A DNA stretch of 64,000 nucleotides from an uncultured Actinomycetota bacterium (GCA_963795275.1 CAWCHD010000010.1:94263-158262), one strand, 5' to 3'; positions 20,369 through 30,896 are shown, counted from the stretch's first letter. Notes: generated by a model not told the origin, from the letters alone. Numbers and translations are program-made.

Positions 20369-21145
20369 TCAGCGGGGATCGGCGGGGTGCAGCGCGAGGG
20401 CCGAGCGGGACCGCACGTGGGCCTCGCAGTGCTGCACCAGCTCGACGTACGCCTCGCGTCCCATCAGCTCGACCAGCTCGGCCTCGTGGGTGACGAAGAC
20501 GGGCTCGAGGGCGACGTGCGCCTCGGTGTTGCCGGAGCAGTACCAGTCGAGGTCGTGCCCGCCCGGACCCCAGCCGCGGCGGTCGTACTCACCGATCGAG
20601 ACCTCGGTGTAGGACGTGCCGTCCTGGCGCTCGACGGAGCGGTACTGCCGGCGGATCGGGAGCTGCCAGCAGACGTCGGGCTTGGTCTCGAGCGGGTTGC
20701 GGCCCTGGCGCAGGGCGAGGCCGTGCAGGGCGCAGCCGGCGCCGACGTGCCCGCTGTCGTTGGTGAAGTCGGTGCGGTTGTGGAACACGCACGCCTGCTG
20801 CCCGTCGACCTCGACGGCCAGCGTCTTGCGCTCGCCGTCGTCGTCGGTCTCGATCCAGTCGGACTTCTTCACCGCGCGGCCGGGGTGGAGCTGCCAGTCG
20901 TCGGGGGTGAGCTGGGCGACGAAGCCGGCGACCCGCTTCTCGTCGTCCTTGTCGGCGAAGTGGGCACCGAGGGTGCAGCAGCCGACGTCGGGTGCATCGG
21001 CGTAGATGCCCTGGCAGCCCTGGCCGAAGATGCACATGTAGGCGGACGTCAGCCAGGTGAGGTCGCAGCGGAAGACCTGCTCCTCGTCGGCCGGGTCGAC
21101 GAACTCGACGTACGCGCGGGGGAAGACGAGGTCCACTTCAGGCAC
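20369..21145 (-). CDS. Conserved actinobacterial Cys-rich hypothetical protein (divergent from ppx)
   Basis: [34 protein letters not shown]; syntenic with the Rv0495c-type gene. Confidence 0.75.
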   Translation of the reverse strand: MPEVDLVFPRAYVEFVDPADEEQVFRCDLTWLTSAYMCIFGQGCQGIYADAPDVGCCTLGAHFADKDDEKRVAGFVAQLTPDDWQLHPGRAVKKSDWIETDDDGERKTLAVEVDGQQACVFHNRTDFTNDSGHVGAGCALHGLALRQGRNPLETKPDVCWQLPIRRQYRSVERQDGTSYTEVSIGEYDRRGWGPGGHDLDWYCSGNTEAHVALEPVFVTHEAELVELMGREAYVELVQHCEAHVRSRSALALHPADPR

Positions 21146-21171
21146 GTGGGGAGCCTAGTAGTTTGGTCCGC

Positions 21172-22116
21172 ATGCGCCTGGGCGTCCTCGACATCGGCTC
21201 CAACACCGGCCACCTGCTGGTGGTCGATGCGCACGGTGGCGCAGCGCCGCTCCCGGCCTCGTCGCACAAGCAGCCGCTGCGCCTGGCCGAGCACCTCGAC
21301 GAGGACGGCGCGGTGACCAAGAAGGGCATCAAGGCCCTCACCGACTTCTGCGCGTCCGCGACGGAGATCGCCGAGGACAAGGGCTGCGAGGAGATGCTCG
21401 GCTTCGCGACCTCCGCGGTCCGCGACGCGGTGAACTCCCACGACGTCCTCGAGCACGTCGAGAAGCACGGCGGCGTCAGGCTCGAGGTGCTGTCCGGTGA
21501 GGACGAGGCGCGGCTGACCTTCCTGGCCGTACGCCGGTGGTTCGGCTGGTCGGCCGGCCGGCTGGCGGTCTTCGACATCGGTGGCGGTTCGCTGGAGATC
21601 GCCGGCGGCACCGACGAGAACCCGGACGTCGCGTGGTCGCTGCCGCTGGGTGCGGCCCGGATGGCGCGGATGTGGTTCGCCGGCGGCCGTCCCTCCGAGG
21701 ACGACATCCGCGACCTGCGCAAGCAGGTCCGCGCCGAGATCGCCCGCGACGCCGGCCACCTGCTGCGTCCCGGCGTCCCCGACCGCGCCGCCGCCACGTC
21801 GAAGACGTTCCGCTCGCTCGCGCGCATCTGCGGTGCGGCACCCAGCGCCGACGGTCCGCTCGTGCCGCGGGTGCTCGAGCTCGAGAGCCTGTCGGGCTGG
21901 ATCCCCAAGCTGATGGACATGTCCCCCGAGGAGCTCGCCGACCTGCCCGGCGTGTCCCCGAGCCGTACGCACCAGATCGTGCCGGGCGCGCTCGTCGCCG
22001 AGGCCTGCATGGACATCTTCGACCTGTCCGAGCTGGAGATCTGCCCGTGGGCGCTGCGCGAGGGCGTCATCCTCGAGCGCCTCGACCAGATCTCGGTCGT
22101 GACGAGGTCGCACTGA
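21172..22116 (+). CDS. ppx: Ppx/GppA family exopolyphosphatase
   Basis: [39 protein letters not shown]. Confidence 0.9.
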   Translation: MRLGVLDIGSNTGHLLVVDAHGGAAPLPASSHKQPLRLAEHLDEDGAVTKKGIKALTDFCASATEIAEDKGCEEMLGFATSAVRDAVNSHDVLEHVEKHGGVRLEVLSGEDEARLTFLAVRRWFGWSAGRLAVFDIGGGSLEIAGGTDENPDVAWSLPLGAARMARMWFAGGRPSEDDIRDLRKQVRAEIARDAGHLLRPGVPDRAAATSKTFRSLARICGAAPSADGPLVPRVLELESLSGWIPKLMDMSPEELADLPGVSPSRTHQIVPGALVAEACMDIFDLSELEICPWALREGVILERLDQISVVTRSH

Positions 22117-22120
22117 TCCC

Positions 22121-22936
22121 ATGGCTGCCACTCCCATGCCCTCTCGGACCCCGCTGATCGGCCTCTCGACCGCCTCGGTCTATCCCGAGTCGACGGCGCA
22201 CGCCTTCGGGTGGGCGGCGTCGCTGGGCTACGACGCGGTCGAGGTGATGGTCGGCATCGACGCGCTGAGCCAGCAGGTCGACTCGGTGAAGAAGCTCAGC
22301 GACCACCACCAGGTGCCCATCTGCGCGGTCCACGCGCCCTGCCTGCTCTTCACCCAGCGGGTCTGGGGGACCGACCCGTGGGGCAAGCTCGAGCGGTCGG
22401 CCGAGATGGCCGAGGCGGTCGGCGCCGACGTGGTCGTCGTGCACCCGCCGTTCCGCTGGCAGAAGGACTACGCCGCCGGCTTCGTCGAGGGCATCGCGTC
22501 GCTGGAGGCGCGCACCGGCATCGCGTTCGCGGTCGAGAACATGTACCCCTGGCGGGCCTCGTCGCGCCGCGGCATGGAGATGTACCTCCCCGGCTGGGAC
22601 CCCAGCGAGGAGCCGTACGCCAACACGACCATCGACCTGTCGCACGCCGCGATCGCGAAGAGCGACGTCGTCGAGATGGCCGAGCGGATGGGCGGCTCGC
22701 TGCGCCACATCCACCTGACCGACGGGTCCGGCTCGGCCAAGGACGAGCACCTCGTGCCGGGGCGCGGCGTGATGCGGGCCCAGGAGTTCCTGCAGCACCT
22801 GACCCGCACCGGCTTCTCCGGCCACGTCGTGCTCGAGATCAACACCCGGCGCTGCGCCGACCGCGAGGAGCGCGAGGCCGACCTGGCCGAGTCGCTCGCC
22901 TTCGCCCGGACGCACCTCGGCGTCACGACCCCGTGA
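22121..22936 (+). CDS. Sugar phosphate isomerase/epimerase (AP endonuclease 2 fold)
   Basis: LSTASVYPE, VVVHPPFRWQ, AVENM, HIHLTDG, DEHLVPGRG, VLEI. Confidence 0.85.
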   Translation: MAATPMPSRTPLIGLSTASVYPESTAHAFGWAASLGYDAVEVMVGIDALSQQVDSVKKLSDHHQVPICAVHAPCLLFTQRVWGTDPWGKLERSAEMAEAVGADVVVVHPPFRWQKDYAAGFVEGIASLEARTGIAFAVENMYPWRASSRRGMEMYLPGWDPSEEPYANTTIDLSHAAIAKSDVVEMAERMGGSLRHIHLTDGSGSAKDEHLVPGRGVMRAQEFLQHLTRTGFSGHVVLEINTRRCADREEREADLAESLAFARTHLGVTTP

Positions 22937-22940
22937 GCAC

Positions 22941-23528
22941 GTGAGCGTGTCCAGGGGGCGCCGGCCCGGGGCGCCGGACACCCGCGCCGAGGTGCTCGCG
23001 GCCGCGCGCACCTCCTTCGCGGAGAAGGGCTTCCGCGGTACGACGATCCGCGCCGTCGCGGCCGCCGCCGGCGTCGACCCCGCCCTGGTGCACCACTACT
23101 TCGGCACGAAGGACGACCTCTTCGTCGCCGCGCTGCAGATCCCGGTCGACCCGCGCGAGGTGCTGGCGCCGGTCGTGGCCGCCGGCCCGGACGGCGCGGG
23201 CGAGCGCCTGCTGCGCGCCTTCCTCTCGGTCTGGGACGACCCCGAGATCCAGCCCGGGCTGGTCGCGCTCGTCCGCTCGCTGATGTCCGACGACGGCGCG
23301 GGCCTGGTGCGCGACGGCTTCATCCCGGTCGTCGTGGGGCCGGTGCTGGCAGGCCTGGTGCCGGACCGGCCCGAGGTGCGGATCCCGCTCGTCGCCAGCC
23401 AGGTCATCGGCCTGATCCTCGCCCGGTACGTCGTCGCCCTCCCGCCGCTGGCCGAGATGCCGGCCGAGGACCTGGTGGCCCGGATGGGTCCGACGCTCCA
23501 GCGCTACCTGACCGGCGACCTGCCGTAG
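22941..23528 (+). CDS. TetR family transcriptional regulator
   Basis: RGRRPG, FAEKGFRGTTIRAVAAAAGVDPALVHHYFGTKDDLF. Confidence 0.92.
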   Translation: MSVSRGRRPGAPDTRAEVLAAARTSFAEKGFRGTTIRAVAAAAGVDPALVHHYFGTKDDLFVAALQIPVDPREVLAPVVAAGPDGAGERLLRAFLSVWDDPEIQPGLVALVRSLMSDDGAGLVRDGFIPVVVGPVLAGLVPDRPEVRIPLVASQVIGLILARYVVALPPLAEMPAEDLVARMGPTLQRYLTGDLP

Positions 23529-23555
23529 CGCGTCGTACGGCCCCTCCGCCGTCCG

Positions 23556-23690
23556 AGCGGTGGTCCACCCACATTCGGTGCCGGCAGAACGTGGCTGTGC
23601 CACCGCCCCTCCGGCGCGCCGGGCCCGACGCGCCCGCTGGCGGTGGTCCACCCACCTTCGGCTGTCGAGAAGTGTGGCTGGACCACCGCT
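23556..23690. repeat. Two 52-nt REP-like palindromes (same family as 45336-45690)
   Basis: agcggtggtccacccacattc...gtgccaccgcc (23556-23607) and ggcggtggtccacccaccttc...ggaccaccgct (23639-23690). Confidence 0.8.
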
Positions 23691-23735
23691 CCGCGCGGGT
23701 TGACGCGTGCACCCTCCGGGCGCACAATTCAACAC

Positions 23736-24446
23736 ATGATGAAAAACGTCGTGGAGGTGCGCGACCTCGTCGTCGTACGCGGCGCGCGGGAGGTGCTGCC
23801 CGGCATCTCGCTCGACGTGCCGGCGGGCGTCACCGGCCTGCTCGGACCGAGCGGGTGCGGCAAGACCACGCTGATGCGCTGCCTCGTCGGGGCGCAGCGG
23901 GTGCGGTCCGGCACGGTCGAGGTGCTGGGGGAGCCGGCCGGGAGCGCGCCGCTGCGGACGCGGGTCGGCTACGTCACCCAGGCCGCGAGCGTGTACGACG
24001 ACCTCACGGTGGCGGAGAACCTGAGGTTCTTCGCGCGGGTGCTCGGCGTCGATCCCGCATCGGTCGACGACGCCATCGGGTCGGTCGACCTGACGGGCCA
24101 CCGCGACCAGGTGGTCTCCCGGCTCTCCGGCGGCCAGCGCAGTCGCGTGAGCCTCGCCGTCGCCCTGCTCGGCCAGCCGGACCTCCTCGTCCTCGACGAG
24201 CCGACGGTCGGGCTGGACCCGGTGCTGCGCCGCGACCTGTGGGAGCTGTTCCACCGGATCGCCGACGCGGGCGCGGCGGTCCTCGTGTCGAGCCACGTCA
24301 TGGACGAGGCCGAGCGGTGCCACCGGCTGCTGCTCATGCGCGAGGGCCGGATCATCGCCGACGGGTCGCCCGACGAGGTCCGCGAGCGCACCGGTGCCGC
24401 CGACATCGAGGGCGCCTTCCTCCGCCTGGTGGAGGCGAGCGCATGA
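23736..24446 (+). CDS. ABC-2 type exporter ATP-binding protein
   Basis: [38 protein letters not shown]. Confidence 0.92.
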   Translation: MMKNVVEVRDLVVVRGAREVLPGISLDVPAGVTGLLGPSGCGKTTLMRCLVGAQRVRSGTVEVLGEPAGSAPLRTRVGYVTQAASVYDDLTVAENLRFFARVLGVDPASVDDAIGSVDLTGHRDQVVSRLSGGQRSRVSLAVALLGQPDLLVLDEPTVGLDPVLRRDLWELFHRIADAGAAVLVSSHVMDEAERCHRLLLMREGRIIADGSPDEVRERTGAADIEGAFLRLVEASA

Positions 24447-25181
24447 CTCCCAGGATCACCCTCGCCGTCGCCGGCCGCGTCCTGACGCAGGTCCGCCGCG
24501 ACCGCCGCACGCTCGCGATGCTGCTGGTCGTCCCGTGCGTCCTGATCAGCCTGCTGTGGTGGATGTTCGACGAGCTCCCGGGCGGCATGTTCGACCGCTT
24601 CGGGCCCGGGCCTGCTGGCGATGTTCCCCTTCATCGTGATGTTCCTCGTGACGAGCGTGACGACGCTGCGCGAGCGCGGCAGCGGCACCCTCGAACGACT
24701 GCTCACGATGCCGATGGGCAGGCTCGACTTCCTCCTCGGCTACGCCCTCGCCTTCGGCCTGCTCGCCGCCGTGCAGGCAGCGCTGGCGGTCGGCGTGAGC
24801 GTCGGGCTGCTCGGCCTCGACGTCAACGGACCGGTCTGGCTGCTCGGTGTCGTCGCGGTCGTGGACGCCGTCCTCGGCACCGCCCTCGGCCTGCTGGTCA
24901 GCGCGTTCGCGACGACGGAGTTCCAGGCCGTGCAGTTCATGCCCGCGTTCGTGCTCCCGCAGATCCTGCTGTGCGGGCTCTTCGTGCCCCGGGCGGCGAT
25001 GCCGTCGGTCCTCGAGGCGATCAGCAACGTCCTGCCGCTGTCGTACGCCGTCGACGCGATGCAGGAGCTCGTCGGGACGGCCGACGACGCCGCGGTCTGG
25101 CGTGACGTCCTGGTCGTGGCGCTCTTCGCGCTGGCGGCCCTCGGGCTCGGTGCGGCGACGCTGCGGCGGCGTACGCCCTAG
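24443..25181 (+). CDS. ABC-2 type exporter permease (frameshift near 24605)
   Basis: RVLTQVRRDRRT, then LRERGSGTLERLL, EFQAVQFMP, ATLRRRTP. Confidence 0.88.
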
Positions 25182-25250
25182 CGACTCGGGGTCGTCGACC
25201 TCGCCCGCGATCCTCGAACATCGCCACCTCTGCAAAGCGCGCGATGTCGG

Positions 25251-25276
25251 GGTTTCCCCGCTCAGGCGGGGAAACC
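25251..25276. terminator. Hairpin between convergent genes
   Basis: ggtttccccgc-tcag-gcggggaaacc, 11-bp perfect stem. Confidence 0.65.
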
Positions 25277-25294
25277 AGAGGGGGACCAGAGCGG

Positions 25295-25663
25295 CTACGC
25301 CGGGACGCGGCGGAACAGCCACGCCGCGAACGCGAAGAGGGCGGCGTACATCCCGGTCAGCATCACCACGTCGGCCAGTGAGGCGCTCACGCTGTCGGTG
25401 GCGACGACCACCGCCGACCACGCTCCGGCGAGGAGGGTGGTGACGGCGGCGGCGCCGAGGGCGAGGGTCATCCCGGCCGCGCGGAATCGGGTCGCGACGG
25501 CGACCAGCAGGGCGACCGCCGGTGCGGCGAGGTAGACCGCGTCGCGCTCGCCGTCGCCGACGATCCCGAGCGCACCGATGCCGAGCAGGAGGAAGAGGAC
25601 GGTGCCGGCCGACACGCAGGCGGCGAGGAGGTAGCGGGTGGTGGTCGAGGGCGAGGACGTCAT
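25295..25663 (-). CDS. Small integral membrane hypothetical protein (about 4 TM)
   Basis: Hydrophobic 122-aa ORF with high-GC codon usage; TAGCGT -10 just upstream. Confidence 0.7.
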   Translation of the reverse strand: MTSSPSTTTRYLLAACVSAGTVLFLLLGIGALGIVGDGERDAVYLAAPAVALLVAVATRFRAAGMTLALGAAAVTTLLAGAWSAVVVATDSVSASLADVVMLTGMYAALFAFAAWLFRRVPA

Positions 25664-25758
25664 GGATCCGACGCTAGGCGCGCAGCCCGTCGCGGGTGGT
25701 GGAGGAGGTGTGAAGGTCCGGTGCGGGTTCGGTGAGGCAGCGGCGTAGCCTTCGGAGC

Positions 25759-26694
25759 ATGTCGTTGCTCCGTCAGCCGATCCTCCTCCTCGCGCGCAGC
25801 CAGGGGGTCAAGAAGCTCGTCTCGACCATGCCCGTCTCGAGCGGCATCGTCACCGGCTACGTGCCCGGCGAGCAGACCGCCGACGCCGTCCGCGCCACGC
25901 AGGAGCTGGTCGACGACGGCCTGCGGGTGACGCTCGACTACCTCGGCGAGGACACCACCGACGCCGCCAGGGCCGAGGCCACCGTCGCGGCCTACAAGGA
26001 GGTCCTCGCCGACCTCACGGCGAAGGGGCTCGCCCCCCACGCGGAGGTGTCGGTGAAGCTCAGCGCGATCGGCCAGTTCCTCCCCGACAACGGCCACAAG
26101 GTCGCCCTCGAGAACGCCCGCGACATCTGCCGCGCCGCGCGCAACGCCGGCACCACGGTCACCCTCGACATGGAGGACCACACCACCACCGACTCGACGC
26201 TGTCGATCCTGCGCGAGCTGCGCAAGGACTTCCCCGAGACCGGTGCCGTCCTGCAGGCGATGCTGCACCGCACCGAGGCCGACTGCCGGGCGCTCGCCTA
26301 CGAGGGGTCGCGCGTCCGTCTCTGCAAGGGCGCCTACATGGAGCCGGCCGAGGTCGCCTTCCAGGAGAAGATCGAGATCGACAAGTCCTACGTCCGCTGC
26401 CTCAAGGTGCTGCTCGCCGGCCAGGGCTACCCGATGATCGCGACGCACGACCCGCGGATGGTGCAGATCGCCTCGTCGCTCGCGAGCCGCTTCGGCCGCC
26501 GCGCGGGGACGTACGAGTTCCAGATGCTCTACGGCATCCGGCCCGATGAGCAGAAGCGCCTGGCCGCCGCCGGGGAGACGATGCGCGTCTACGTCCCCTA
26601 CGGCACGGAGTGGTACGGCTACCTGATGCGCCGCCTCGCGGAGAAGCCGCAGAACCTCGCGTTCTTCCTGCGGTCGCTCGTCTCGAAGAAGTGA
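25759..26694 (+). CDS. Proline dehydrogenase (monofunctional)
   Basis: VTLDYLGE, SVKLS, LDMED, RLCKGAY, IATHD, EFQMLYGIR, YVPYG..WYGYLMRRLAE. Confidence 0.94.
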   Translation: MSLLRQPILLLARSQGVKKLVSTMPVSSGIVTGYVPGEQTADAVRATQELVDDGLRVTLDYLGEDTTDAARAEATVAAYKEVLADLTAKGLAPHAEVSVKLSAIGQFLPDNGHKVALENARDICRAARNAGTTVTLDMEDHTTTDSTLSILRELRKDFPETGAVLQAMLHRTEADCRALAYEGSRVRLCKGAYMEPAEVAFQEKIEIDKSYVRCLKVLLAGQGYPMIATHDPRMVQIASSLASRFGRRAGTYEFQMLYGIRPDEQKRLAAAGETMRVYVPYGTEWYGYLMRRLAEKPQNLAFFLRSLVSKK

Positions 26695-26716
26695 CCTGAC
26701 GCAGTAGATTGCGCCC

Positions 26717-27517
26717 ATGAGCACAGCGATCATCGGCGCGGGCGTGATGGGGGAGACCCTGCTGTCCGGGCTCGTACGCGCCGGGCGTCGCGTCGACCAG
26801 CTGATGGTCGGCGAGAAGCGTCCGGAGCGCGCCCGCGAGCTCGAGGACCGCTACGGCGTGGCCGTCGTCTCCAACCGCGAGGCCGCCGCCAAGGCCGACA
26901 CCGTCGCGCTGGTCGTGAAGCCGCAGGACATGGGCGACGTGCTCGAGGAGATCGCCCCGGAGCTGCGCGCCGGACAGCTCGTCGTCTCGCTCGCCGCGGG
27001 CATCACGACCTCCTTCATCGAGGCGCGGGTGCCCGAGGGCGTCGCCGTCGTGCGGGTCATGCCCAACACGCCCGCGCTCGTCGACGAGGGCATGGCGGCG
27101 ATCTCGCCCGGCTCGCACTGCGACGACACGCACCTCGCCGAGGTCGAGTCGCTGATGGCGTCGACCGGCAAGGTGATGCGCATCCCGGAGAAGCAGATGG
27201 ACGCGGTCACCGCGATCTCCGGCTCCGGCCCGGCCTACATCTTCTTCGTCGTCGAGTCGATGATCGAGGCGGGCGTGCACCTGGGCCTGCCGCGCACGAC
27301 CGCGACCGAGCTCGTCGTCCAGACCCTCGTCGGGTCGGCCACGATGCTGCGGGAGACCGGCACCCATCCCGTCGTCCTGCGCGAGCAGGTCACCTCGCCC
27401 AGCGGGACGACCGCCTCGGCGCTGCGCGAGCTCGAGGTGCACGGGGTCCGTGCGGCCTTCCTCGCCGCGATGGAGGCCGCCCGCAACCGGTCCCGCGAGC
27501 TGGCCGAGGGTTCCTGA
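26717..27517 (+). CDS. proC: Pyrroline-5-carboxylate reductase
   Basis: IIGAGVMG, VKPQD, SLAAG, RVMPNTP, SGSGPAY, VTSPSGTT. Confidence 0.96.
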   Translation: MSTAIIGAGVMGETLLSGLVRAGRRVDQLMVGEKRPERARELEDRYGVAVVSNREAAAKADTVALVVKPQDMGDVLEEIAPELRAGQLVVSLAAGITTSFIEARVPEGVAVVRVMPNTPALVDEGMAAISPGSHCDDTHLAEVESLMASTGKVMRIPEKQMDAVTAISGSGPAYIFFVVESMIEAGVHLGLPRTTATELVVQTLVGSATMLRETGTHPVVLREQVTSPSGTTASALRELEVHGVRAAFLAAMEAARNRSRELAEGS

Positions 27518-27528
27518 GCCGAGCCGGC

Positions 27529-27550
27529 TGTCGGACCGCGGGCATACCGT
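27529..27550 (+). promoter_or_regulatory. PafBC-type DNA-damage promoter, leaderless
   Basis: TGTCGG-accgcgggca-TACCGT, 7 nt before ATG 27558. Confidence 0.7.
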
Positions 27551-27557
27551 CCCCGTC

Positions 27558-28277
27558 ATGAAGCGCTTCCTGGACGAGGACCTGTCGGGCGCGGAGCTCC
27601 GCGAGTGCGACCTCAGCAACGCCCGCCTGGTCGGCGTCGTCATGCAGGACGCGGTGATCGACGGGCTGGTGACCAACCTCGTCGTCAACGGCGTCGAGGT
27701 GACGGCGTACGTCGAGCAGGAGCTGGACCGACGCCACCCGGTCCGGCTGCTCATCCGGTCCGACGACCCCGACGACCTGCGCCGGGCAGCGCGACAGCTG
27801 CGCGCGGACTGGTCGGCGACCGTCGAGCGGATGCGTCAGGCACCCGGGGTCGAGCACGCCAGCGTCAACGACGAGTGGTCGGCCGTGCAGACCCTGCGCC
27901 ACCTCGTCTTCGTCCACGACTCGTGGTTCCGGCGGTGCTGCCTCGGCTCCACCGAGGCGTTCACGTCGATGGGGCTGGGCATCGAGGACGTCCCGGACCG
28001 TGAGGCGCAGGGCCTCGACCCGACGGCCGACCCGACGCTCGACGAGGTGGTGGCGGTCCGCGACGCGCAGCAGGCCGAGCTCGAGCACTGGCTCGACGCC
28101 GTCACCGCCGAGCAGCTCGCGGCGCCGGCGCCGGTGCCCGACGACGACAGGTGGCCGCCCTACGCGCGCGGCCGGTCGGTGGCGCGGTGCCTGCGCACGG
28201 TGCTCAACGAGGTGCACGAGCACCACGGCTTCTGCGTGCGCGACCTCGACCTGGTCGAGCGCTCAGCCACGGAGTGA
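27558..28277 (+). CDS. DinB-family protein with N-terminal pentapeptide repeats
   Basis: DEDLSGAELRECDLSNARL pentapeptides; EWSAVQTLRHL and EVHEHH metal-binding His residues. Confidence 0.8.
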   Translation: MKRFLDEDLSGAELRECDLSNARLVGVVMQDAVIDGLVTNLVVNGVEVTAYVEQELDRRHPVRLLIRSDDPDDLRRAARQLRADWSATVERMRQAPGVEHASVNDEWSAVQTLRHLVFVHDSWFRRCCLGSTEAFTSMGLGIEDVPDREAQGLDPTADPTLDEVVAVRDAQQAELEHWLDAVTAEQLAAPAPVPDDDRWPPYARGRSVARCLRTVLNEVHEHHGFCVRDLDLVERSATE

Positions 28278-28939
28278 GCGCACCAGGCCCAGTCCGTCGT
28301 CGACGAGCCCGCGGACCAGCGGCAACCGGGTGAGCCGGACCGACCGGTCGACGAGCGGGACGAGACCGGCGACGAGCGTGCGAGTACGCCGCTGGCCCGG
28401 GCTGTCGTCGTACACCCAGAAGAGCACGACGCCCATGTGGAGCAACCACAGCAGCTCGGGCAGCTCCTCACGCAGGGCCGGGGCGACCTTGAGGTCGGAG
28501 CCCTCGACCGCCCGGCGGAACAGGTCGGTGCTGGCCTCGCGGGCCGGCGCCGACTCCGACGAGAAGGGGGAGAGCGGCGAGCGTGGATCGGCGGCGTTGC
28601 GGAAGAACTGGCCGCCGAAGTCGTGGAACGGCCCGGCGACGTCGACGAAGGTCTCCATCACGCCCCGCAGGCGGTCGGCGAAGGACCGAGCCGATCGAGC
28701 GCCGCCTCGGCGGCAGACGCGTGCTCCACCTGGATCCGGTCGTAGAACGCCTGGATCAGCTCCTCCTTGCCGGAGAAGTAGTAGTAGGTGCTGCCGAGCG
28801 AGACGCCTGCCTCCTCGGCGATCGCGCGCATGGTCGTCGCGTCGTAGCCGGACGCACCGAAGAGTCGCAGTGCGGCCTCGACGATGCCGGCGCGGGTCTG
28901 CTCCGCCTTCGCAGTCCGCTTCTCCGCCACGGTCGTCAC
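28263..28939 (-). CDS. TetR family regulator (frameshift near 28670-28690)
   Basis: KAEQTR..ALRLF..GYDATTMRAIAEEAGVSLGSTYYYFSGKEELIQ; C-terminal ADPRSPLSPFS, GVVLFWVYDDS. Confidence 0.88.
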
Positions 28940-28940
28940 C

Positions 28941-29429
28941 CTAGGAGACCGGTCGGGGCAGCTCGTCCTTGCCTGCTGCCCACGCCGCCAGTGCGCCACC
29001 CAGCAGCGACGGCACCAGGAGCGGAACGATGTCGTCCCAGCCAGCGCTGGTGAGCCCGCCCAGTGCCAGGACGCCGGGGTCGCGGAGCACCACAGCGAAC
29101 GCCGTGAGCGTCGCGAACGGGGACACCAGGGCCCCCAGGACGAAGGCCCGGCGCCGCGCGACCCGCCTCGTGAGGTGGCGACCGACGAGGAAGATGAACG
29201 GCAGTCCGGCGAAGAACCCGGTGACGGCTCCGAAGAACCCGCCGACGAGCACACCGCCGACGAGCACCGCGGGCGCTCCTGTGGCCACCTCACCGAGGGT
29301 GAGCGGCTGGGGATCGGCCAGCGCGACAGCCGTCACGATGCCGACGACCGTGAGCGTGCCGGCGCACGCGCCGATGAGCGGTCCCGTCAGGAGCCACAGG
29401 TACTGCGGCCGGTAGCTGCTGGTCATCAT
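28941..29429 (-). CDS. Membrane hypothetical protein, likely co-transcribed with the TetR gene
   Basis: Four hydrophobic segments; RBS caggag upstream; abuts TetR start. Confidence 0.65.
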   Translation of the reverse strand: MMTSSYRPQYLWLLTGPLIGACAGTLTVVGIVTAVALADPQPLTLGEVATGAPAVLVGGVLVGGFFGAVTGFFAGLPFIFLVGRHLTRRVARRRAFVLGALVSPFATLTAFAVVLRDPGVLALGGLTSAGWDDIVPLLVPSLLGGALAAWAAGKDELPRPVS

Positions 29430-29440
29430 GATCTCCTGTG

Positions 29441-29486
29441 TTGAACGTGTTCAAAACAAGGGTGGCACAAGAACTGAACATGTTCA
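29441..29486. promoter_or_regulatory. Pair of palindromic operators (probable TetR sites)
   Basis: TTGAACGTGTTCAA (29441-29454) and TGAACATGTTCA (29475-29486). Confidence 0.65.
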
Positions 29487-29535
29487 ACTCGTCCACCGAC
29501 CGGACCAGCGCCAGCGCGGGGGTAACGTCCGCCAC

Positions 29536-30717
29536 ATGGAGTGCGCCGGTCCGACGTCTGTCGTGTTCGACCCGACGCTCACCGCCTACAACTTCGGCCC
29601 CGGCCACCCGATGTCCCCGGTGCGGGTGGACCTGACGATGCGGCTGGCCGAGGAGCTGGGCGTGCTCGACGGCCTCAAGCTCGTCGACGCCCCGATGGCC
29701 ACGGACGAGCAGATCGCCACCGTGCACGGTCAGGGCCTGATCGACGCGGTCACCCGCTGCGGCACCGAGCCCGGCCACGAGTCGCCGGAGCACGGACTCG
29801 GCACCGACGACGACCCGGTCTTCAAGGACATGCACCTCGCGAGCGCGCACGTCGTCGGCGCCAGCCTCGAGGCGGCCCGCCAGGTGTGGAGCGGCGAGTC
29901 GTTGCACTCGGTCAACATCGCCGGTGGGCTGCACCACGCCATGCCCGACCGGGCGAGCGGCTTCTGCATCTACAACGACGTCGCGGTGGGCATCAAGCAG
30001 CTCCTCGCCGACGGTGCCCAGCGGGTGGCGTACGTCGACATCGACGTGCACCACGGCGACGGCGTCGAGTCGATCTTCTGGGACGACCCGCGGGTGCTGA
30101 CGATCTCCCTGCACGAGACCGGCCAGATGCTCTTCCCCGGCACCGGTTTCCCCGACGACACCGGCGGCGCCGGGGCCGAGGGCACGGCGGTCAACGTCGC
30201 GCTCCCGCCCGGCACCTCCGACGCGGGCTGGCTGCGCGCGTTCCACGCCGTCGTACCCCCGCTGCTGCGCGAGTTCGCCCCCGAGGTGCTCGTCACCCAG
30301 CACGGTTGCGACTCCCACATGGACGACCCGCTCGCCCACATGATGCTCAGCGTCGACGGCCAGCGGGCGGCCTACCTGGCGCTCCACGAGCTCGCCCACG
30401 AGGTCGCCGACGGCAGGTGGGTCGTCACCGGCGGTGGCGGCTACTCGGTCATCGACGTGGTCCCGCGGGCGTGGGCGCACCTGCTCGCGATCGCCTCCGG
30501 CCACCCGATCGAGCCGACCGTGGCGACGCCTCCGGCGTGGCGGGCGTACGTCGAGGAGGTGCTGGGGGCGACCGCCCCGCACCGGATGACCGACGGCCGC
30601 ACGCCGGCCTACCGCGACTGGTCCGCGGGCTACGACCCCGACTCCTGGCTCGACCGGGCGATCAACGCGACCCGCACCGCGGTCTTCCCGCTCCACGGCC
30701 TCGACCCGCTGCCGTGA
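29536..30717 (+). CDS. acuC: Acetoin utilization AcuC / Zn-dependent deacetylase
   Basis: [54 protein letters not shown]. Confidence 0.92.
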   Translation: MECAGPTSVVFDPTLTAYNFGPGHPMSPVRVDLTMRLAEELGVLDGLKLVDAPMATDEQIATVHGQGLIDAVTRCGTEPGHESPEHGLGTDDDPVFKDMHLASAHVVGASLEAARQVWSGESLHSVNIAGGLHHAMPDRASGFCIYNDVAVGIKQLLADGAQRVAYVDIDVHHGDGVESIFWDDPRVLTISLHETGQMLFPGTGFPDDTGGAGAEGTAVNVALPPGTSDAGWLRAFHAVVPPLLREFAPEVLVTQHGCDSHMDDPLAHMMLSVDGQRAAYLALHELAHEVADGRWVVTGGGGYSVIDVVPRAWAHLLAIASGHPIEPTVATPPAWRAYVEEVLGATAPHRMTDGRTPAYRDWSAGYDPDSWLDRAINATRTAVFPLHGLDPLP

Positions 30718-30896
30718 GCGCGGGCCGTGGTCGCGGTCGGTAAAACTTCAAGTAGACACGCCGCGAGTCCCACAAGTTTCTTTGGCATTCCTCTTCCCCA
30801 CGCGTCACGCTCCCCCTAATCTCAGTCGGAGCGGCACGCCTGTGACGCCGGTGGGGAAGCCGGCGCCGTTCCGCAACGAAGGATCGGTGCACACCC

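Noticed and set aside
29441-29486. LexA SOS boxes
   Set aside because: The actinobacterial SOS box is TCGAAC-N4-GTTCGA; these have 2-nt spacing and TGAAC half-sites
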